From IMG/VR virus record IMGVR_UViG_3300020042_010191: a stretch of 64,000 nt of DNA; one strand, written 5' to 3'. Source of the DNA: an uncultured virus (IMG/VR IMGVR_UViG_3300020042_010191). Its lineage: Duplodnaviria; Heunggongvirae; Uroviricota; Caudoviricetes. The position numbers and the translations under genes were made by a program. Shown here piece after piece: positions 36,279 through 47,374 of this stretch. How positions within the stretch are numbered: position 1 is the first letter of the stretch; each line of letters starts with the position of its first letter. The notes under the pieces are model-generated. The model saw nothing but the letters and a program-made list of their open reading frames with translations, searched no databases and was not told the origin of the DNA.

Positions 36279-37492
36279 TGGCAAAACAAATTCAATCAGT
36301 TGGTAATAGCAATACTATTCCTAGTAAATTGTTCGATGCAGTAGCAGGTCAACAACAAGCTAAATACTATAAAGAAGGATTGGATTATATTTCAAATGAT
36401 ACCAACATTATTCCTAGGGATGAAGTTGGAAATATTGTTTTAAATGAAGATGCTCAAAATAATCCAACATTGGTAATTGCTGCAGTTACAGAGCAAATAT
36501 CTACAAAATCTGTATTACGAGTTATTGACAGTAGATTTCAATATTTTAAGTTTCCTGTGCAATTGGCACAAGGAGATAATATTAATATCAATACTAATTT
36601 TAATATCGATATTGACACGATTACTACGGAATTAAAACTACCTATAGAAGTAGATGATGCAAATCAACCTATAGATTTAATTAAAATCAATACATCATAT
36701 GAAAGTACTTGGCTTTATGGCGAAGAAAATGGCATTGTATCAATTGGATTTAAACAATTACCGTTTGTTGGAAATTTACAGTCTGTGCCAAATTCTTATG
36801 TATTATCTAAAGACATTATTGACATATTAATAAGAAGAAATCAAACATTAAAATTTACAATACAAACACAATACTTAACTCGAGATGGCAATCGTACCGG
36901 TGTTAATCTTCGATTGAATCGCAGTAACGCAAAAACATTTAGACAATTTAATCCAGTTATCATTTATAGTGAAGCAAATACATCAGGTGATGTGGGATCT
37001 AGTACTAATCCATATGGGTTTGCATCATCTGGATTTCCTGTATTATTTATGGAATATTTTGTAGATGCAACTGATTTAGCAGATGGCGATACGTATTTTT
37101 TAGAAGCAGTCGGCGGCAATCCTGTTTGGATTTTAGCTGCAAATTCATATTGGTTAATTGAGCCAATAGCTATTCCTACAAATGCATCACTTTGGGGAGC
37201 ATCTCCAAATAACGTGCAAGGCAACGGTGGAATATATGATTTATATGCAGATAATGTATTATATACTAATGACTATACAACAATAGCAAAAAGAACTTTA
37301 GGTACTAATTATGAATTAGTATTAGAAAATGGTGCAGTTATAACAAATAATGATCCGGTAGTTATTGAAGATTTATCGCCATTTGGTTTCCCGGGGGAAA
37401 TTGATGGAGAAACAAGAATTTTATCGCCAGGAGGCGTTACTCAAATACCATATACTTGGAATGAATCACAAAATCGTTGGATACAAACATAA
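36278..37492 (+). CDS. Putative virion structural protein
   Basis: In the baseplate operon. Confidence 0.55.
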   Translation: MAKQIQSVGNSNTIPSKLFDAVAGQQQAKYYKEGLDYISNDTNIIPRDEVGNIVLNEDAQNNPTLVIAAVTEQISTKSVLRVIDSRFQYFKFPVQLAQGDNININTNFNIDIDTITTELKLPIEVDDANQPIDLIKINTSYESTWLYGEENGIVSIGFKQLPFVGNLQSVPNSYVLSKDIIDILIRRNQTLKFTIQTQYLTRDGNRTGVNLRLNRSNAKTFRQFNPVIIYSEANTSGDVGSSTNPYGFASSGFPVLFMEYFVDATDLADGDTYFLEAVGGNPVWILAANSYWLIEPIAIPTNASLWGASPNNVQGNGGIYDLYADNVLYTNDYTTIAKRTLGTNYELVLENGAVITNNDPVVIEDLSPFGFPGEIDGETRILSPGGVTQIPYTWNESQNRWIQT

Positions 37493-40400
37493 TGTTAACA
37501 CAGTATAAAAATATTGAACAAATTAATTCTGCTACTAAAGCAGTTACTGGCCAACGAATTGATAAAACTAAAACAGAATTTTTTAGTTATGATAAAGATA
37601 CTCGTGTTGTACCAGTTCCGATTCTAACAACACAAAATTCTGCTACAAAAATTGAATTGCATGTATATTCTGGAGATTCGTGGATTACTGGAAATCATGA
37701 TATTCAATTACAACAGAAAACTAAAAGCTTTGTAAATAAATTAACTAAAGCTCCATTACGGTCTGTAAGTAATGCATTATCTATAAATTTATATAGTGAA
37801 TTTTCTAAATTAAAATTAACATCTGGAAATTTTAGAATTGCTGTTAATTTCTTTAGAAATATTATAGGTAATTATAACGAACAATATTTACGAATTGATG
37901 AAATATCTCCAGATCGTACAGAAATACGTTTAAGAGCTATTGATGACGAGAATCCATTATTTCTTCAACAATTAATAAATTACATTGAAACAGTTAAACC
38001 TGTTGATACACAATTTTATAAAACATATATTTTAAATTTTAGCAGAAATAAAACTGCAGTAATAGTTAATACGACAGTTATTGGAGAATTTGTTTATTTA
38101 AAATTATATGAACCATTATCGCAAGATATTGACGTTGATTTTAAATGTTGGATTGCAGAAGAATTACGTCCTACATATATTGATAAAGTTGCAATATTAC
38201 CTGCGATACCAGAAAAACAATTTAAAAAATTGTCGAATCCGAATTGGTATGCAAATGCAATTTATAATACTACAACTGAGACAGGATTCAAGGCTTGGAC
38301 GGATCTATTAGGAACTACGACTCAAACATCACAACAAATTGTTGACTCGTATTTTTCCGGGTCATTAGCTGGTGTTAAATTGAATATTGATTATTCTGAT
38401 TTTAATAATTTTGTTTTTTATAGTTCCGGAACTGAACGTTTAGAGAACTTTAAATATAAATTAACATTATTAGAATATTATACTTCACAAAGTTTAGTTG
38501 TATCTCAAATATCTGGAAGTGTTGCAACTACAAATGTTTCTGATTTTGAAAATTCAAAAGCAGCACTTATCGGTGGATTTGATGATTTTGAAAAATATTT
38601 GTATTATGAATCATCATCTCGTTTAACTACATATGATATTCCAAATGAAACAGCGTATGTTAAGCAATTAACGGGTAGTTATGTAACACCGGTACCCAAA
38701 ACAAATTCAACAATACCATATGTGTTAGCATCAGTAAATAGTACTACATTTAATAATTGGTATGATAATGTTTATAACTCAGCATCATTATATGATACTT
38801 TAAATTATAATGCTCTTCGTTATGCTATACCTGAATTTATTAGATTTGATTCTACTAATTCAGATATGTTATCATTTGTTGATATGTTAGGTCAGCACTA
38901 TGATATAATGTATACGTACATTAATCATATGTCTCGTATTAATAAACGAGAAGAAAATCCTAAATTAGGAATGCCAAATGAATTGTTATATTCAGTAGCA
39001 AAACAGTTTGGTTGGAATTTAACTGACGGTAATCAAGGTCAAGAATTATGGCAATATGTTTTAGGAACTAATGAAGCTGGCACACCGTTAACGGGTTCTA
39101 ATTCTATAGGTGATCCATCAGTTTCAGGTAAAAATATGACTGCTACAATTTGGAGACGAATTGTTAACAATTTACCGTTACTTTTAAAAAGTAAAGGTAC
39201 TAAACGTAGTATTCAAGCATTGTTATCTTGTTATGGCATACCACAATCATTTGTAAGTATCAATGAATATGGCGGACCTAGATTAGAACGAGCGCCTATA
39301 TATGAAAAATTAAATTTTGATTATGCATTAGATTTAATTGGTAATACTGCAGGAACAGTAACTGTAAATTATACACAACCAATTGAATCAGTAGAGTTAC
39401 GTTTTCGTACAGACAATGTAATAAAAAATCCAGCAATGCCGTCTACAATGAATCTATATACAATAGGTTCGAATACAGTAACTATAGACTTTAGTTCGGG
39501 CACAAAAGGAGTTGTACAAATCAATGGAACTAGTTCTGGTGACTTTGAGATATTTAACGGAGATTGGATTAATACTGTATTAAGAACAAATGGAACAAAT
39601 TTAGATCTAATTGCAAAAAAATCTAAATATGGAAAAATTATTACAACGGTGTCTGCATCAGCAACTGCATCATTTACTAGCACAGGAACATTGACATTAG
39701 GAGGAACTAGCACAGGCGCTAGCCGATTATTAGGCCAAGTTCAAGAATTGAGATTGTGGTCTTCTAGTTTACAAAATTCTCCATTTGAAAATCATACCAA
39801 AGCTCCAGCTGCATATGATGGAAACGTAGATGCATATGACGAGTTAGTATTTAGATTACCATTAACACAAAATATAAATCATGCAACTACTAGTAGTTTA
39901 ACTGGAGTACAGCCATATTCTTCTAGCATATCTGCATCATTTACATCTTGGTCATCAAACACTCCATATGATTCAATTGAAGAGACATATTATTATGATG
40001 CTATATCATTAGGTGCGGGTACTTTAGATGATAATAAAATTCGTTTAGAAGAAAATGAATTGATTGGAACATTGGATGTTGCAACCAGAGCAGAACGAAG
40101 TCAATTTGATAAAGCACCATTAGACAGTAAAAAAATAGGAGTATATTTTTCTCCGCAAACAATGATTAATGAAGATATCATTGCACAACTAGGTTTTACT
40201 GAATTAGATCAATATATTGGAGATCCTGGACAAATAAATTCAAAATCATATCCAGATTTGATTCAGACAGCTCAATCATATTGGAAAAAATATGAATCTA
40301 GTAATGATATAAATTCATATATTTCTATTTTTACATTGTACGATTTGTCATTTTTTAGGCAGATTGAACAACTATTACCTGCAAGAACTGATAAATTAAC

Positions 40401-41082
40401 TGGTTTATTGATACAACCAAATATATTAGAACGTAGCAAAGATACAATTCTTCCAAAAATAAAACGATTTGAAACATTATATAGTGCATCTATAGATGAA
40501 ACAAAAATACAGTCAGTTGGAACTTATTTATTATTCAATGGATCGATATCAGATGATATTTTAACTATACAAGGTTCTGATGATGATCAGTGGAAAATGT
40601 ATTTAACAGCATCTACATCTGACAAATATGATAGTACACCATATTCATATGAATATTTATTACGCTCAGGTAGTACATGGATTACTGGATCTACTCCGTA
40701 TTGGTTAAGTGATGCATTGCAACCAACATATGTAAATTCAGTAGCATCTGAATATCGATTAATATCTAGCTCTGTTACGTATGCAACTGGATCAGCTGGG
40801 GGCGGCACTACATATGGTAGCGGCGTTTATGGAACTTCTACATATTTTAATGATCCAATGGGATCTGGCTTTAGTGGAGTATTAGCACAAGTTCAAGATT
40901 ATTTACCAATTGGTATCAACCATCAAAGATATGAAGGCACGAAAATAACATCTCCGGCGTTCAATGTAAATTCAACTCAAACTATAGATGGCGGTCCAGT
41001 TGTAGAATGGAGAACAGCTAATCCAAATCAATTGATATATCAAAATCAAAATAATAGTCAAGGTAGTTTTAGATTAGTTTGA
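37492..41082 (+). CDS. Large baseplate/tail protein with LamG-like domain
   Basis: LKSKGTKRSIQALL..YG (gp7/gpI-like), GQVQELRLWS. Confidence 0.65.
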   Translation: MLTQYKNIEQINSATKAVTGQRIDKTKTEFFSYDKDTRVVPVPILTTQNSATKIELHVYSGDSWITGNHDIQLQQKTKSFVNKLTKAPLRSVSNALSINLYSEFSKLKLTSGNFRIAVNFFRNIIGNYNEQYLRIDEISPDRTEIRLRAIDDENPLFLQQLINYIETVKPVDTQFYKTYILNFSRNKTAVIVNTTVIGEFVYLKLYEPLSQDIDVDFKCWIAEELRPTYIDKVAILPAIPEKQFKKLSNPNWYANAIYNTTTETGFKAWTDLLGTTTQTSQQIVDSYFSGSLAGVKLNIDYSDFNNFVFYSSGTERLENFKYKLTLLEYYTSQSLVVSQISGSVATTNVSDFENSKAALIGGFDDFEKYLYYESSSRLTTYDIPNETAYVKQLTGSYVTPVPKTNSTIPYVLASVNSTTFNNWYDNVYNSASLYDTLNYNALRYAIPEFIRFDSTNSDMLSFVDMLGQHYDIMYTYINHMSRINKREENPKLGMPNELLYSVAKQFGWNLTDGNQGQELWQYVLGTNEAGTPLTGSNSIGDPSVSGKNMTATIWRRIVNNLPLLLKSKGTKRSIQALLSCYGIPQSFVSINEYGGPRLERAPIYEKLNFDYALDLIGNTAGTVTVNYTQPIESVELRFRTDNVIKNPAMPSTMNLYTIGSNTVTIDFSSGTKGVVQINGTSSGDFEIFNGDWINTVLRTNGTNLDLIAKKSKYGKIITTVSASATASFTSTGTLTLGGTSTGASRLLGQVQELRLWSSSLQNSPFENHTKAPAAYDGNVDAYDELVFRLPLTQNINHATTSSLTGVQPYSSSISASFTSWSSNTPYDSIEETYYYDAISLGAGTLDDNKIRLEENELIGTLDVATRAERSQFDKAPLDSKKIGVYFSPQTMINEDIIAQLGFTELDQYIGDPGQINSKSYPDLIQTAQSYWKKYESSNDINSYISIFTLYDLSFFRQIEQLLPARTDKLTGLLIQPNILERSKDTILPKIKRFETLYSASIDETKIQSVGTYLLFNGSISDDILTIQGSDDDQWKMYLTASTSDKYDSTPYSYEYLLRSGSTWITGSTPYWLSDALQPTYVNSVASEYRLISSSVTYATGSAGGGTTYGSGVYGTSTYFNDPMGSGFSGVLAQVQDYLPIGINHQRYEGTKITSPAFNVNSTQTIDGGPVVEWRTANPNQLIYQNQNNSQGSFRLV

Positions 41083-41129
41083 TGATAAAAATTACAAAAT
41101 GTATATTTATATAAAATTAAGGTCAAAAT

Positions 41130-41786
41130 ATGGGATATTTAGATAATACTAGTGTTACAGTTGATGCCATCTTAACATTAAAGGGGCGTGAACTTTTAGC
41201 TAAAGGCGGTAATGCGTTTAACATTACACAATTCGCAGTAGGCGATGATGAGATTGATTATTCGTTATGGAATCCAGATCATCCACTAGGAACTGATTAT
41301 TATGGTACTATTATTGAGAATATGCCAATAACTGAAGCTATTCCGGATGAAACTCAAGCTCTTCGTTATAAATTAATTACGTTGCCAAAACAAACAACTA
41401 ATATTCCAGTTATTAGTGTTGGTAACACATCTATAACATTGAATGCTCCGGGTGATAGTGCTGTTATTTCTCCGAATACAAGTAATTTACAAGGCGGAAA
41501 TGCAAACTTAGGATATACCGCGATTTTATCAGATTCATCAGTTGCTGATATTCAAATTACGCAAGCATTACAAAATACAGTATTACCAACAACTCCTAGA
41601 TTTATTGGTGATAATGAAGATGCACAAAGTATTGCTGTTGCTGGATTTGGTTTCCGTATCATTGCAAAAACACAATATTTATCAGATAAAACTGCAACGA
41701 TTACAATTATCGGCAATGAAACTGGTGGTAGCGTTACTATTAATTTAACTGTTAAACAAGTAACAGCAGTAACTGCAAATGTATAA
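41130..41786 (+). CDS. Baseplate/tail-fibre attachment protein
   Basis: DAILTLKGRELLA...ITQFAVGDDEIDY. Confidence 0.6.
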   Translation: MGYLDNTSVTVDAILTLKGRELLAKGGNAFNITQFAVGDDEIDYSLWNPDHPLGTDYYGTIIENMPITEAIPDETQALRYKLITLPKQTTNIPVISVGNTSITLNAPGDSAVISPNTSNLQGGNANLGYTAILSDSSVADIQITQALQNTVLPTTPRFIGDNEDAQSIAVAGFGFRIIAKTQYLSDKTATITIIGNETGGSVTINLTVKQVTAVTANV

Positions 41787-41799
41787 TATAGGTCAAAAC

Positions 41800-43110
41800 A
41801 TGCAAATGAAAAATTTCATTGAAACATTAAAACAACAACCGCGCCATGGAGGCGTTCCTAGGAATTTATTATCAGCAGTAGGTGCTGCTAATCAAGCTAC
41901 TAGAACACCAATTACTCCAACTCCGGCTCCTGCTGCAGCTGGCACTGCAAATACTGCTATTATTAATGAGCAAGTACAACAATTGGCTCAGCAATTAGCA
42001 AATCAAATGGTTGCAGAAATGCAACAATCGCAAGTAATTGCAAGAAATGGTAGAACGTTTACAAAATTTGATACGGTAAATGATGTTGTGTCAAATCAAA
42101 CGGAAGTTGTAACGGCAGGTGTATGGAGTGATGGCATTGCAAGTTTAACAACATTCTTTACATCATCAATACAAACAAATGCTCAACGATCATATTATGT
42201 CGATGTGGCACAAAAGACACCAGCAGCAACTGGCTCGGCTGTTCAATTTTCATTAGCATTTGGTCATGCTTTAGGTAGTGGTTCTGATTCGCAAGGTCAA
42301 CTTAATGATTCGCCATCGAAAGCAGTTTATTCTCAATACCGTCAGTTATTATTGAATCCTAGTGATACACGTTTTACAACAGCTGGATCAGGTAGTACAG
42401 ATTATGTTTATGTAGTAAACTTTAAACGCAATCGTTTAAAAGAACGTTTAGATGCGGGTAATTGGGAATTGCCATTAGTTCGAATTTCATCTAGAGCTAC
42501 TAATGCAACAGGTTCGGTTGCAACAGGCTCAGGCGTAATTAAATTGATTGATGATTCATCAGTAGCAAATCCTAGGATTGGTGATTCTGGTAAAATTTAT
42601 AACATTGTTTCAGGTTCAATTTCAAGTGGTATTCATAATCCAAATGCACCAGTATATTATGGTTTAGCTTATCCAGATCATGGTACATTGATTTTAGATG
42701 GAAAAATGTTAGATCAACAATTAGGATTTGCAACCAATACAGGTTCTAGTTCAGAAGGAAATAATCATTTTGTATTGTTCCATTCAATCTCTGGTTCTAG
42801 TTATTTCACTGATCCACAAACAAGTGATCCATATGGTTTCCAAGCACGTAATTCTGAAAAAGTAACAAGCACGCATTATTTTGTAAGAATTAAAAATGCT
42901 GAATACAATTTCTCAAATAACCCATCTTATATAACTGGGTCAGTTGGTCAAATTGCACAATCAACATTTGTAGGCGATCCTAAAACATATATTACTACGG
43001 TAGGTTTATATAATGAACGTCAAGAATTATTAGCAGTAGCAAAACTTTCTAAACCATTATTGAAATCATTCCAAAGAGAAGCACTTATCCGAGTTAAATT
43101 GGATTTCTAA
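41800..43110 (+). CDS. Baseplate/tail structural protein
   Basis: C-terminal YITTVGLYN...LLAVAKLSKP, shared with the next gene. Confidence 0.6.
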   Translation: MQMKNFIETLKQQPRHGGVPRNLLSAVGAANQATRTPITPTPAPAAAGTANTAIINEQVQQLAQQLANQMVAEMQQSQVIARNGRTFTKFDTVNDVVSNQTEVVTAGVWSDGIASLTTFFTSSIQTNAQRSYYVDVAQKTPAATGSAVQFSLAFGHALGSGSDSQGQLNDSPSKAVYSQYRQLLLNPSDTRFTTAGSGSTDYVYVVNFKRNRLKERLDAGNWELPLVRISSRATNATGSVATGSGVIKLIDDSSVANPRIGDSGKIYNIVSGSISSGIHNPNAPVYYGLAYPDHGTLILDGKMLDQQLGFATNTGSSSEGNNHFVLFHSISGSSYFTDPQTSDPYGFQARNSEKVTSTHYFVRIKNAEYNFSNNPSYITGSVGQIAQSTFVGDPKTYITTVGLYNERQELLAVAKLSKPLLKSFQREALIRVKLDF

Positions 43111-43125
43111 ATTAATCGCAGATTT

Positions 43126-43164
43126 AAGCCCCGTTATATTTATATAAAATGTAGCGGGGTTTTT
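43126..43164 (+). terminator. Terminator-like hairpin containing the late motif
   Basis: AAGCCCCGTTATATTT/AAATGTAGCGGGGTTT. Confidence 0.65.
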
Positions 43165-43171
43165 ACTGAAT

Positions 43172-44746
43172 ATGGCCGAAACTAGAATAAAAAATCAAGA
43201 TGAATATAAAGGTGTATATCCAACTGTCTTTAAAAAGATAGATACATCAGATATTTCAATTAATCCATTTCAAGCATTTAAAACTTGGAGTGTAATATCT
43301 GGTAGTAGTACCGGTAGTGTATTGCCTTTAGTTGGTATATATTCAGATGTTAATAATTTACCAGCATTAGGTACAAATTTAACATATAATGATGCTACAA
43401 ATGTTGATGGAACATTACAAACATTAACATACTTTTCTATCAATCACTTGTTTTATAAAAATAAAAAAGAACCATCAAAGACGTATGGTCCTACTAATTT
43501 AAACTTAACTAAAAAGCTTTTGTTTCAAAGTGCATCTATACTTTCATTCCCTCAAGTTAAAGTAGGAGAAGGAATTAAACCTAGATCATTTACTTTAACA
43601 GGTTCAGGATTATATTTTGCTAGTGATCGTAACGGAAATGTTTATGATACATCATATAACACTAGTTCATTTGTAACTGGTTATAAATATTATGAAGGTT
43701 TCAATGAGTATTTTGATACTACTAGAATTCAATATGAATCAGTAGGTGTTACATATGAGCCAGGTGTTAATACTAGTAATGGTTCACAATCTGCTATAGG
43801 ATATGCTGCAAAATTTTCAGGCGCCGGGTATATACGAGATTCGATATCTGGATATTATGACCGCGATCATGATTATGCAATTTCATTTTTCATAACAAGT
43901 TCTAATGTTGGTACTAGTGATGAACTAATATTAGCAAAAGCTTCTAGTAGTTTGCAGCCATCATATCCATTTAAAGTTGAATTAAGTGGAAGCAAACAAA
44001 TTGTATTTACAATAGCAGGTAGTACTGAATTTAAAGCTCAATTGACATCTTCATTAGCAGTTTCAAGTTCATGGACTCATGTAGTTTGTCAAAAATCTGG
44101 AAGTTGGATGCAAATGTATATTAATGGAACATTACATGCATCTGCGTCTAATGATTTATTGATTAATACATTCTCGCCATTTACTGCTTCAGCTCGTATT
44201 GACAATACAAGTGATTTATATATAGGCGGTTTTAATAGCCAAAGCTCAAACGTAAACGCATATTTAGATGAAGTTAGAATCTTTAATAAGTCACTAACAG
44301 GTGCCAACATAAGTTCTTTAAATAGCCGTACAGAAGGCGGTACATTGTTACAAACAAATGTTGTAGGTACTGTTTTTGATAAACAAGGAATTGTTGTAAT
44401 ATCATCTCCAGATTATCGTTATTATAATCTTATCAATGCACCATTTTCAGCATCATATAAAAGTACTGTAACTATTCATGAAATGAATGTTATTACTAGA
44501 ATGGATTCTGGAGATTTTAATATGTCGACAAATTTAACATTGACTCGAGATGATGATTCTACTTATTTACCATTTGTTAGTGGAAGTTCTTTTGCGCCAT
44601 ACATAACTACTATAGGATTATATGATGAAGCTGGACAGTTATTAGCAATTGGTAAATTAGCACAACCAATTCGTAAAAGAAATAATGTTGATATGAATTT
44701 CATGATTCGAATTGATTTAGATAAAAATATTTCAGCCAAGGAATAA
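43172..44746 (+). CDS. LamG/concanavalin-like domain structural protein
   Basis: WTHVV...MYING, LYIGG, LDEVRIFNKSL; YITTIGLYD C-terminus. Confidence 0.75.
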   Translation: MAETRIKNQDEYKGVYPTVFKKIDTSDISINPFQAFKTWSVISGSSTGSVLPLVGIYSDVNNLPALGTNLTYNDATNVDGTLQTLTYFSINHLFYKNKKEPSKTYGPTNLNLTKKLLFQSASILSFPQVKVGEGIKPRSFTLTGSGLYFASDRNGNVYDTSYNTSSFVTGYKYYEGFNEYFDTTRIQYESVGVTYEPGVNTSNGSQSAIGYAAKFSGAGYIRDSISGYYDRDHDYAISFFITSSNVGTSDELILAKASSSLQPSYPFKVELSGSKQIVFTIAGSTEFKAQLTSSLAVSSSWTHVVCQKSGSWMQMYINGTLHASASNDLLINTFSPFTASARIDNTSDLYIGGFNSQSSNVNAYLDEVRIFNKSLTGANISSLNSRTEGGTLLQTNVVGTVFDKQGIVVISSPDYRYYNLINAPFSASYKSTVTIHEMNVITRMDSGDFNMSTNLTLTRDDDSTYLPFVSGSSFAPYITTIGLYDEAGQLLAIGKLAQPIRKRNNVDMNFMIRIDLDKNISAKE

Positions 44747-44748
44747 CA

Positions 44749-45285
44749 ATGATACGCTTAAAACAACTTCTTCAAGAAATGTCTGAACGAGATTTAGATC
44801 GCTGTTTAGATAAAATACGCAATAAACAATTTCGTTTGATTGGCGCTGGTGATAATGGACGTGTATATGAAATTGATGGCGAAGATAAAACGTTTAAAAT
44901 TACAAAAGAGCAAGATGAATATGAAGTTGCTGATATTATTGTGAATCGATACAATGAATTTACTACATTTATTCCAGTATATTATGTTGATGGAAAAAAT
45001 ATGTATATAATGGCAAATGCATCAGAATTACCGATACGCATTAAAAAATCAATTGATATGTTTATGCAAGACTTTGCTAACTTTGCTAGAGATGAAGGCG
45101 GAGAAGTTTCAATATTTGATTTTACTGCAGAAACTGATAGTTTAGATCCGATGTTAGATAATTTTTTAAATGCATTGCAATCGGATGTTGAAAAATTAAA
45201 CATTCCAGAATTTGATTTAGATTTAGATTTTCGATCAGATAACATCATGATGTGGGATGGAAAAATGGTCATGGTTGATTGGTGA
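44749..45285 (+). CDS. Minimal protein-kinase-like protein with MIRLKQLLQE leader
   Basis: IGAGDNGRVY Gly loop, FKIT, DFRSDNIM catalytic loop, VDW. Confidence 0.7.
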   Translation: MIRLKQLLQEMSERDLDRCLDKIRNKQFRLIGAGDNGRVYEIDGEDKTFKITKEQDEYEVADIIVNRYNEFTTFIPVYYVDGKNMYIMANASELPIRIKKSIDMFMQDFANFARDEGGEVSIFDFTAETDSLDPMLDNFLNALQSDVEKLNIPEFDLDLDFRSDNIMMWDGKMVMVDW

Positions 45286-45312
45286 TACATATTTATATAA
45301 AATTGGATTGAA

Positions 45313-46500
45313 ATGCAAACACAATTATTAGAAAATATTATTCGTAAATTTTTATTTGAACAAGGTGGCAAGCTAACTATGGATTTGGCTAAAGTTACTG
45401 AAAAAGACCGCAAGTTAGCTAAAGACCAAATGAGCAAAGTTTTAATGTCAACCGTTAACGTTAACGCAGTTAATGTTAAAGATTTTGGTCAAATTCGTAT
45501 TGAACTAATTAGATCAGGGGGTCGAACAAAAGTTGGTGATACAAAAATATCAACATATCGTACAAAACAAATATTAGATGATGCAACTAATTATTTAAAA
45601 AGAAGTCAAGGCCCTTTGTTTTTAACTCTTACAACGTCTGATTTTGTTTGGTTTTTAATAAGTGATTCAACAGATAATGAACAAGAAAAACTACGAGCAA
45701 AATATTCTGTTATTGCAATATATGCTAAAAAAACATTATTTGGTAAAACGCCGGCTGTAAAAATGGGTAATGGATTTATCGATGTATTACCTCGAGGCGC
45801 AGCGGTATATAATTTTGCTGATATTAAAGTTACAGATTGGAAAGGATATAACAATCCAGCTCCGCCAGAAAAAGATATAATACAAGATAGATCATTTACT
45901 GGAATGCCTTTACAACAATTAGAATATGGTAATAGATATAGTACAGATATAGATTGGTTATATTCATATTTTGAAAATAATTTTATTAAATTAAATATTA
46001 CAACTAATTTAGAATTTAAACAAGCTGTTGGTTTTGGCTGTGAATTAAAATCTATGATAGAACAATTTCAAGAAGAACAAAATATACCAGTAACTAGTAT
46101 ATGGGATACTAAAACTAGAGAAACAGTTTCAAGTTTAAAAAAATTAGAATATGAAATAAAAAATACAAACGCTTTAAAATCTAAATATAATACATGTAAA
46201 ATAGAAAATTTAGATTTACAAAATATTAAATACCCAGCTGGCGGATCATTTACTCCGGAAAATACTAAAGAAAAAAATATAGAATTTATAAAAGTGCAAA
46301 TATTAATGTTAAATTATGTTAATAATAACAGTAAAAATGGGCCGGCCCCGGTAAATAAAGAATGGTATAAAGAATTACAATCAAAAACAGGTATTTATTC
46401 CGAAGATTTAATCAATGGTGTACGAGTAATACGAAGTCTTGCTGGCTTACCTAGTGATAGAATTGATATAACTTCGGAATTAATTGAAAAGATACGATAA
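45313..46500 (+). CDS. Hypothetical protein (FLFE leader)
   Basis: 395-aa ORF after a late motif. Confidence 0.65.
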   Translation: MQTQLLENIIRKFLFEQGGKLTMDLAKVTEKDRKLAKDQMSKVLMSTVNVNAVNVKDFGQIRIELIRSGGRTKVGDTKISTYRTKQILDDATNYLKRSQGPLFLTLTTSDFVWFLISDSTDNEQEKLRAKYSVIAIYAKKTLFGKTPAVKMGNGFIDVLPRGAAVYNFADIKVTDWKGYNNPAPPEKDIIQDRSFTGMPLQQLEYGNRYSTDIDWLYSYFENNFIKLNITTNLEFKQAVGFGCELKSMIEQFQEEQNIPVTSIWDTKTRETVSSLKKLEYEIKNTNALKSKYNTCKIENLDLQNIKYPAGGSFTPENTKEKNIEFIKVQILMLNYVNNNSKNGPAPVNKEWYKELQSKTGIYSEDLINGVRVIRSLAGLPSDRIDITSELIEKIR

Positions 46501-47345
46501 TGAAATCAAAAATAATATTTGAGCAAGTAGTTGATTGGGATGCGTTAGAACAACAAGTACTAGCAGAGCCAATTGCAAATGATTCGAAACTAAAACCGGC
46601 GCCGAAGCCAAAGCCACTAAAACCAGATCCTCCTAAAGTGAAAACGGATGCTTGGGGTAGACCGGAAGGTGATGAATGGTATGGATATGATCCTAAATTA
46701 AAAAAATATGTTACTGGTCCGAAAGTGAAAAAAGATGACACGGAAGGAAATGATACATCTAGTAATGCAACTGCTAAATACGCACAACAACAGTTTAAAT
46801 TGATTCAGAATGCAGTACAATTTTATGAAAACATATCTAAATTAGGACGTTATAACAATTGGGATGAAGAACGTATGCAAACCGTATTCGTAAAGTTTTC
46901 AATGACAAATCGAGACGGTATGACACCGGTAGAAATGGCTAAGTATTGTGATGTAATATATCGAATATTATTTAAAATGTCTGGTACTAGAAAATCAAAT
47001 AGCGCAGCGTATGAATATTGGTTGTCTAGAAACTATGCATCGTCAACGTCATGGGAATATTTACAATCAATATCAGTGCCTGATTATAAATCATATGAAG
47101 ATTGGTTTAAGGGTGATCGATTCGATTACATGGATTGGGATGAATTTGCGAACGTACGATATCTTAAAAATATATTCTCTAATGTTGATCTGAAACAAAT
47201 AAAAAACAAACCTAGTACGGTTGCATTAACGTTAAAATCAAAATTTACAAATGACGAAATTCACAAAATGGTTTTATCAGCATATAAAAACAAAATATGG
47301 GGTGAACCACGTGGAAAGCGTAAAAATGCTGCTTGGATTAAATAA
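46500..47345 (+). CDS. Hypothetical protein (IIFE leader, Pro/Lys linker)
   Basis: Coupled ORF. Confidence 0.65.
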   Translation: MKSKIIFEQVVDWDALEQQVLAEPIANDSKLKPAPKPKPLKPDPPKVKTDAWGRPEGDEWYGYDPKLKKYVTGPKVKKDDTEGNDTSSNATAKYAQQQFKLIQNAVQFYENISKLGRYNNWDEERMQTVFVKFSMTNRDGMTPVEMAKYCDVIYRILFKMSGTRKSNSAAYEYWLSRNYASSTSWEYLQSISVPDYKSYEDWFKGDRFDYMDWDEFANVRYLKNIFSNVDLKQIKNKPSTVALTLKSKFTNDEIHKMVLSAYKNKIWGEPRGKRKNAAWIK

Positions 47346-47374
47346 ATTCTAAAAATAAAAATAATGAATAAGTT

